Source: a bacterium (GTDB lineage: Bacteria; Bdellovibrionota_B; Oligoflexia; Oligoflexales; RGVZ01). Taken from it: a stretch of DNA of 64,000 nucleotides. The translations under genes and the position numbers were made by a program. Shown here in pieces: positions 58,460 to 64,000 of the stretch. Each line of letters opens with the position of its first letter. Positions within the stretch are counted from its first letter, which is position 1. Location of the stretch: positions 18,624-82,623 of the forward strand of contig JAYVPO010000019.1 of NCBI GenBank assembly GCA_043757325.1, in the 5' to 3' direction. A model generated the notes under the pieces. That model saw only the letters and a list, made by a program, of their open reading frames with translations, ran no database searches and was not told the origin of the DNA.

Positions 58460-59551
58460 CTATTTAGTCTGAAGTGGGTGGGATGGGGAATTGAGATCAG
58501 ATGGCGTCTCCACCTTTCCAGATTCCGGCTTTGCTTCGCTTTTTCCCGCTTCAACTTTTGCGGGCTGTGGCTTAGTTTCGGCCTTTTTTGCTTGTTCGGC
58601 AGCCGTAAACTCTCGAGCCTCTTGATTATCAATTTCACCAATTATTTTGGCAGCACGTTCGTTCCAAGAAGGATCTCCACCTTCATACTTTAAGGTCTTA
58701 TTCATATAATCCCTTGCCACTTTATAATTCTTTCGCGCCTGAAATTCATTAAGGCCGCAATTGAACAAGGTCGGTTTGTGATTTGGTTTTTTGGCTAAAA
58801 CTTCCGTGCAAAGTTTAGCTGCTTGATCCGTTCCACCGCCCATTCGGTCAATAATTAAAACACCCGACTTTACAAACCAATCGTCCGACATGTCGTTTAG
58901 CATACTCTTGGCCAAATTAAAATCACCACCGCGTAAAGCCAAAAACCCAAGATTTAATTTAGCCGCCACATAACCGCCGTCTTCTTTTAAACTCTGGCGA
59001 AAAGAATTTACGGCTTCCGGAATTTTATTGAGTCGCAAGGCGACGACACCAATAAGATTGTTAATTCCAGCGCGAACTTTTGCGTTTTTGGATTTTAGAA
59101 GTCTATCGTAGAGATGCTCCGCAAAGGCCAATTTACCGACTGAAACAGCGTGGATTGCAAGTTCTAATTCGACCACATCAGGAATTTCTCGTTGTACTCC
59201 GTCTTTTTTAACAATTTGATCAATAAGCTGTCTTGCAGCCTGGATATTTTCCGGCAAGCTTTTCCCGGCCAACCTACTTGCCGCAATAAAAGCCACTTCA
59301 GCGTTAATGTTACCTTCTTTTGCAGGTCCGCTTGATTTTTCTGCAAGATCAGCTGCCGCTTGACGATTGATGACTTTTGATGTCATCGGATTATTGGAAA
59401 AACTCTGTGTCAAAGTTTTTTCTTCAGCAGAATAGGCACTAGCTTTTTCAGTCGGTTTACTTTCCACGGGCTCCGGTTTTCCCTGCGAAGTCTTTTTATT
59501 GTCCGTAGCGCAAGAAGTTATAAATACAAAAAGCACGGCAAAATTTTTCAT
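58460..59551 (-). CDS. TPR lipoprotein (GltE/AglT-like)
   Basis: Lipobox FITSC. TPR-like helical repeats. Charged Lys/Glu/Pro-rich tail. 4-nt overlap with the upstream TPR gene. Confidence 0.75.
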   Translation of the reverse strand: MKNFAVLFVFITSCATDNKKTSQGKPEPVESKPTEKASAYSAEEKTLTQSFSNNPMTSKVINRQAAADLAEKSSGPAKEGNINAEVAFIAASRLAGKSLPENIQAARQLIDQIVKKDGVQREIPDVVELELAIHAVSVGKLAFAEHLYDRLLKSKNAKVRAGINNLIGVVALRLNKIPEAVNSFRQSLKEDGGYVAAKLNLGFLALRGGDFNLAKSMLNDMSDDWFVKSGVLIIDRMGGGTDQAAKLCTEVLAKKPNHKPTLFNCGLNEFQARKNYKVARDYMNKTLKYEGGDPSWNERAAKIIGEIDNQEAREFTAAEQAKKAETKPQPAKVEAGKSEAKPESGKVETPSDLNSPSHPLQTK

Positions 59552-62500
59552 GGATTTCCTCCAACAACGCCACTTGCAACGTCACTTGGCACTTCACCAC
59601 CGATAAAATCAGGAATCACAACAATATCATCAAAGGTGACTTTTTGGCCATTTATTCGTGCCAAACCACTAACCGACCGTGCCGCCCATTGATTATAAAC
59701 TTGAAATTTTTCAATCGACTGAATTGCCTGCTCATAAAACTTTTTGGCCTCCGCTCGCGCAGAATTTGCATCTCCCGCAAGCTGCTTTTTTACATCTTCT
59801 GGACTGGCCCCCTTGATGGCTGGAGGATTAGATAATTCCAAAGCTAGAAGTTCTCGCGAGTACCCAAGTTGATACAAAGCCGCCACACCCCAGTATGGAT
59901 TTTTTGTGGCCAAAACTTGGTCGTAGTTTTTTTGCACTGCCGGAATCATCTGTGCCTTTTTTTGTATGGAATTCGCAAGATTATCCACGGAACCACCAAC
60001 AAGTTTTACGGCTTGGTACTTGGCCATTATGGAATTTACATCATTAAAAATCATTTCTGCGATATAGCGAGTCGATTCGGAACTTAAAGTAGACTGAGAT
60101 TGCTTGTAAATTCCAAACATTTGTTTTGCGGCACTTGTAGCCGCGGGGCCACGCCCGCTATTGGCAAAATAAATTTTTTGTAAAGCCGAGATTTTTTCAT
60201 CAGGAGTTAAATTAAATTTAAAGTATGTATTAGAAATCAGTCCTGTCATTTTCGGATAATTTTTTGCGAACTCAAATTCTCGAATCATCCGCGCAATAAA
60301 AAACTTTGCACCGTCAGGATCTTTTTTTGCAAGTAAAAGGCAGGTATTCAAGGCGCTTGGATTATCGCTTGCACTCTGTAAATCACAGGCTTTTCCTACC
60401 GACTGAATAGCCTCTTTTTCTTTGGGATATCTTTTTGCAAAAGTTAGGTAAGCAGCACTTGCGTTATTAAAATCCAGTCTCTTCTCATGCAGTTTTGCCA
60501 CTTGCAAAATCGAATCTTTAACTTGCGCAGACTGCGGGTAGCCTTTAATCAGCGCCATGTAGGCATTTATTCCTTGAATCAACATCCCTGCTTTTAAGTA
60601 ATCGTCGGCTGCATTAAAAAGCAATTTATCAGCGTCTGGAGATTTGGGGTTTTTCTTGGCTTGATCTTCATAAGCCTTGGCTCTTTTACCGGTATCAGCA
60701 ATTTTGCCAATTTCTTCGATTTCGGCCCCGCGTTGCAGATCGCGCAGGTTTTTACCAATATCGCCTTTTTGGTACGCAGGAATTTTTAAAAGTTCTTGAG
60801 AAAGTTTTAACAAGGCTTTTTTATCGTCTTTATACAAAGGAATAAGCTCTTCCACCGCAGCTGGGCCCTCTTTTTCATTTGGATATTTAATCGCTAACAG
60901 ATAAAGAAACTTGCGAGAATTTTCTTTGTCTTGGTTGCGATAAAAAATTGCGGTCACATAAATATCACATTCGCGAGTTGATTTTTTGTCAGCTGGATAC
61001 CATTGTTTATAGTATTCGCAGGCTTTAACATAGTTTTTGGCTTCGACACTAAGTGGTTTGGCGGGTTTTGAAAAATCAGGTTTAATTTTCAATAGGACTT
61101 TGTACTGACTTTCAAAATCGAGGCCATAAGAATCAAGCATGTATCGAGAAACTTTTGCGTGAATATTTTCGGATTTTTTATCGTGTGCATCGGAGATGAC
61201 GGCTTTATCTTTACCCATTAAAGCCACTTCCAAATAAAGTTTTCCGGCGTCGCGGTATTTTTTCTCAACAAATAAGATATCGGCCATTAAGTATTTGACT
61301 TCGGTAACTTCGCGCGTATTAGGATAATTCTTTAAATAAAGAGCATACCCACGTACTGCTTCTGCATAGCCTGCGGGGTTGTCGTTTTTCTGTGCGGATT
61401 TGTGGGTTAATTTTGCGTAGTAAAGTATTTGATCTTTAATTAGTTGTTGAACTTCCATAACCCGTTTTTTATCAGTTGCATTCACTTGTGCCCAACGACT
61501 CTGTGATCCATATAATTTCGGAAAGTTTTCTAACTCAGCCCAGACATTTTTCAGTTTATTCAGATCGAAATAGAGACCCACAATATCTTTTTGAGTCTCA
61601 GGAACTTCTGGGGAAGTTGGAGCAACCTGTTGAAACCTTTTGAGTGTTCGAATAGCTTCGCCATATTTTCCTTGATCCGAAAAAGTCTGCGAAAGCAGTA
61701 GTAAAAACTTTCCAATATATTTTTCGCCGCCATTGGCTCGGTAATAAGCGATCGCAGGTTCAACTTGTTTTAGTTCGGCAAACGAAAAAACCATATCCCG
61801 CAAAGCTTCGTCTTTAAGTTGAATTGTACCCTTGTTTTCAGCTTGTTTTGCAGTAACTACCGTTTGTTTCCAATAATTTAATGACCCGTTGAAATCATTT
61901 AAATTGTACGCACACCAACCGAGTTTAAACAAAGCCCAAGTATAACTTTTTGCCTTTCGGTATTTTAAAGCTTGCTTGTAGTTGTTAGACGCATTTCTAA
62001 AATCCAATTTATCAAAATAGTAATCTCCCAATTGAAAATACGCTTCGCCTGCTTTGGCACTATTGGGATAGCGCTGAATGAGTTGCGAGTAAGTTCGTGC
62101 GCTTTCTTTTTCCAAACCAATAAACTGCTGGGCGACACCCATATCAAAAAGCGTTTGATCGGAATTTTTACTGCGTGGAAATTCTTTTAGTACGTATTCA
62201 GCCTGAGAAATAACCTGCTTCCATTCCTGATTGGATTGGGCATTAGACATTTTTGGAGCTTTGCCTTTTTTGCCGCCTGCTTCCCAAGTTTCAAATGCTT
62301 TGTCGTAATCTCGTAATTCCGTATTGGCCACATACACCGCTTGTTCTAGGTGTAAATTTACAAGTTTTTCTAACATTTCAAGGCGCGCAGTTGATTGTTT
62401 TGGAAGGCGCCGTTCCGTTTTTGCCAGATAGTCTACGGCTTTTCTAATTTCTCCAATTAACCGCACTTCGGTGGCGGTTATAAAGCTACGGCTTTTAGTA

Positions 62501-62649
62501 AACACAGGTTTGGTATCTTCACGGTCGCTTTTTTCTTTTTTACGCGATTCAACTGCCACATCGGCTTTGCCGTGTTGGCGGGTTTTATCTGCTGTTTGAG
62601 CAGAAAGTAGTTGTGAAAAGAGTGAAATAAAAATTAAAAACGTTTTCAT
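59548..62649 (-). CDS. Large multi-TPR periplasmic protein (GltD/AgmU-like)
   Basis: 1033 aa, signal peptide, repeated TPR/YfgC-like units (AxxYxxLxxxYPxS motifs such as LIQRYPNSAKAGEAYFQLG and LIKGYPQSAQ). Confidence 0.8.
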   Translation of the reverse strand: MKTFLIFISLFSQLLSAQTADKTRQHGKADVAVESRKKEKSDREDTKPVFTKSRSFITATEVRLIGEIRKAVDYLAKTERRLPKQSTARLEMLEKLVNLHLEQAVYVANTELRDYDKAFETWEAGGKKGKAPKMSNAQSNQEWKQVISQAEYVLKEFPRSKNSDQTLFDMGVAQQFIGLEKESARTYSQLIQRYPNSAKAGEAYFQLGDYYFDKLDFRNASNNYKQALKYRKAKSYTWALFKLGWCAYNLNDFNGSLNYWKQTVVTAKQAENKGTIQLKDEALRDMVFSFAELKQVEPAIAYYRANGGEKYIGKFLLLLSQTFSDQGKYGEAIRTLKRFQQVAPTSPEVPETQKDIVGLYFDLNKLKNVWAELENFPKLYGSQSRWAQVNATDKKRVMEVQQLIKDQILYYAKLTHKSAQKNDNPAGYAEAVRGYALYLKNYPNTREVTEVKYLMADILFVEKKYRDAGKLYLEVALMGKDKAVISDAHDKKSENIHAKVSRYMLDSYGLDFESQYKVLLKIKPDFSKPAKPLSVEAKNYVKACEYYKQWYPADKKSTRECDIYVTAIFYRNQDKENSRKFLYLLAIKYPNEKEGPAAVEELIPLYKDDKKALLKLSQELLKIPAYQKGDIGKNLRDLQRGAEIEEIGKIADTGKRAKAYEDQAKKNPKSPDADKLLFNAADDYLKAGMLIQGINAYMALIKGYPQSAQVKDSILQVAKLHEKRLDFNNASAAYLTFAKRYPKEKEAIQSVGKACDLQSASDNPSALNTCLLLAKKDPDGAKFFIARMIREFEFAKNYPKMTGLISNTYFKFNLTPDEKISALQKIYFANSGRGPAATSAAKQMFGIYKQSQSTLSSESTRYIAEMIFNDVNSIMAKYQAVKLVGGSVDNLANSIQKKAQMIPAVQKNYDQVLATKNPYWGVAALYQLGYSRELLALELSNPPAIKGASPEDVKKQLAGDANSARAEAKKFYEQAIQSIEKFQVYNQWAARSVSGLARINGQKVTFDDIVVIPDFIGGEVPSDVASGVVGGNP

Positions 62650-64000
62650 TACTTTGCCTTTTCATCTGCTACAGGGCTTTTTTCGACTGCCTTATCGGAA
62701 TTTCCAGACTGGCATTTGCTATTAATGTTATAAACATAACCGCCAAGTTCATCTTCCCAATATTCCCCTTGAAATGGCCAGTATTCGAGCTCGGCTCCAA
62801 CTTCCAAAGGTTGCATCCCACCAATAAACTGCTGTCTTGGATCGGCTGTTCCCACATTAAGTTGCTTGCGAAAGGCATCGACCCGGCCTAGAACAAGTTC
62901 GGCATTTATAAGCTGAGTCTGATCCGATAATTCTTTTAGATAAGAATAATATCCTTTGGCTTTATCAAAAAGCCTAATGCCAGAATCCTGGATTGATGCT
63001 TGCTTTTTCTTTTGGAGAAACTGCGTTAAATCATCTGCAAGACCAGAGCCACCCCACCGTGCTTTTTCGTTGGACAGTCTAGCAATCTCGTTATCCGAAA
63101 ACCGAATGGTGTTTCCTGCTTCACGGTAGAAATCTGTGCGCGACAATGCATCGAGAATTTCCCACACGCTGCGGTATTTATTTAAAGTTCCTACCCGGTA
63201 GTCATAGACAACTTTAAAAAATCCTTTGGTATCATTTCCGTATTGGCTAAGTAATGTCCGCATATCTTGAAACGCTGATTTATATCTATTCTTAAATAGA
63301 ACTAGGGATTTTTTAACTTCTTCATAACGACATAGCCGCAAAAAAGTAATCGCTTGTAGAATATAACTTTCGGGATAAAAACGGGTTTCAAAAAATGGTG
63401 AATGCAATGTGTGAATGTTTCCCAAAGTATTATTGTGTTTTTGCATCAGAAAAAACGCCCAGCCCGATTCAAAAATAGCCTCAAGCCAATTATCAGAATC
63501 TCGAGGCACTTGTGCATAATAGCGCAGAGCTTCGGGGTAGCGTTTGGTTTCGTAATAAACTCGCGCAATATTCATCGACGTGCTTTCATCGATCCAGCGC
63601 GATTCGGTGTCGGAGTTCTTTAAGTTTGAATGGACATTTTCAAAATACCGCAAAGCCCGGCTATGACTTCCAGAAAGGTTTGAGATCACCCCTAAATGAA
63701 AAAGCGCTTTGGTATAGTAGGGAGAATTCGCAGGCACTCGTTTAAAATAATTTCCCGCCACTTCGAATTTTTTTTCTAAAAAAGCTTCGACACCGAGATA
63801 AAAAAAGTAAAACCCGCGCGAAGGACCAGGAACTGACGCGGCATCAATTTTGGTCCTAAATAATTGAACTACGTGCGATTGACCAAGAGAAACCGTACTA
63901 TTTATAACCCCAAGTTCTGCAAATGCTTTTTTAAAGTACGGATTACTTGCGGCCGGGCCGCGCCGCACGATAATCGAATAATACTTGGAGGCCGAATATA
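62649..64000 (-). CDS. TPR-like protein, N-terminus probably outside the window
   Basis: The frame stays open from the ORF-track GTG (63968) to the window edge (YSASKYYSIIVRRG...). TPR-like YYTKALFHLGV and ARVYYETKRYPEALRYY. The stop overlaps the next ATG by 1 nt. Confidence 0.7.
   Translation of the reverse strand, partial: YSASKYYSIIVRRGPAASNPYFKKAFAELGVINSTVSLGQSHVVQLFRTKIDAASVPGPSRGFYFFYLGVEAFLEKKFEVAGNYFKRVPANSPYYTKALFHLGVISNLSGSHSRALRYFENVHSNLKNSDTESRWIDESTSMNIARVYYETKRYPEALRYYAQVPRDSDNWLEAIFESGWAFFLMQKHNNTLGNIHTLHSPFFETRFYPESYILQAITFLRLCRYEEVKKSLVLFKNRYKSAFQDMRTLLSQYGNDTKGFFKVVYDYRVGTLNKYRSVWEILDALSRTDFYREAGNTIRFSDNEIARLSNEKARWGGSGLADDLTQFLQKKKQASIQDSGIRLFDKAKGYYSYLKELSDQTQLINAELVLGRVDAFRKQLNVGTADPRQQFIGGMQPLEVGAELEYWPFQGEYWEDELGGYVYNINSKCQSGNSDKAVEKSPVADEKAK

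Noticed and set aside
58340-58693. ORFs 58340-58693(+) and 58384-58641(-) span the end of the TPR lipoprotein gene and the 287-nt gap. They were considered as a possible small gltF-like gene.
   Set aside because: Both overlap the 3' end of the well-supported lipoprotein gene in other frames, have no RBS, and give Arg/Cys/Phe-rich nonsense-like translations.

Overview
This is an AT-rich bacterial chromosomal window, mostly core housekeeping genes. All calls come from reading the sequence and ORF translations by eye. No database search or folding program was run.

Centre (21.6-38.5 kb, + strand): the classical translation/transcription supercluster. It runs tRNA-Thr(TGT)-Tyr(GTA)-Gly(TCC)-Thr(GGT)-tuf, then tRNA-Trp-secE-nusG-rplK-rplA-rplJ-rplL-rpoB-rpoC-rpsL-rpsG-fusA.

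Left part:
- a partial Gly-zipper stress protein, a hemerythrin-like protein and tgt
- a small decayed patch: an HTH antitoxin-like gene, an AAA-ATPase fragment and a MITE-like inverted repeat
- clpS-clpA and a motA/motB-type stator pair
- three secreted repeat or low-complexity proteins, two of them behind sigma-54-type promoters
- a Xer-like recombinase with apparently degenerate catalytic motifs
- an NtrY-like kinase with a GAFTGA sigma-54 activator, a DUF4388-like protein and rlmB

Right part:
- an SGNH esterase and apt
- a tandem triplication of DUF2079-type polytopic membrane proteins, plus an ArnT/PMT-like GT-C protein and a small beta-barrel
- a UdgX-type uracil-DNA glycosylase fusion with its radical-SAM partner
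- large lipoproteins, a LysM-M23 peptidase and surE
- a Myxococcus Glt-like gliding module (TPR proteins plus an FHA / AgmX-PglI-tail protein) that runs off the right edge

The gene content suggests a Bdellovibrionota- or myxobacteria-like lineage. That is inference only.

The most unusual signal is non-coding: two families of very long hairpin-forming intergenic elements.
- Family 1 lies at 21029-21242 and 21325-21511, just upstream of the tRNA-tuf operon. Its stems are perfect or near-perfect (62-79 bp) and differ between the two copies, yet stay self-complementary within each copy. Both copies enclose an identical asymmetric core (TATATGCAGACCG ... CGGTCGAATCA) that brackets an unrelated 32-34 nt segment. 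The two copies are in opposite orientation.
- Family 2 lies at about 5495-5885 and 52168-52534. These are imperfect foldbacks of about 370-390 bp with homologous arms and unrelated centres.

No transposase, reverse transcriptase or cas gene accompanies either family in this window.
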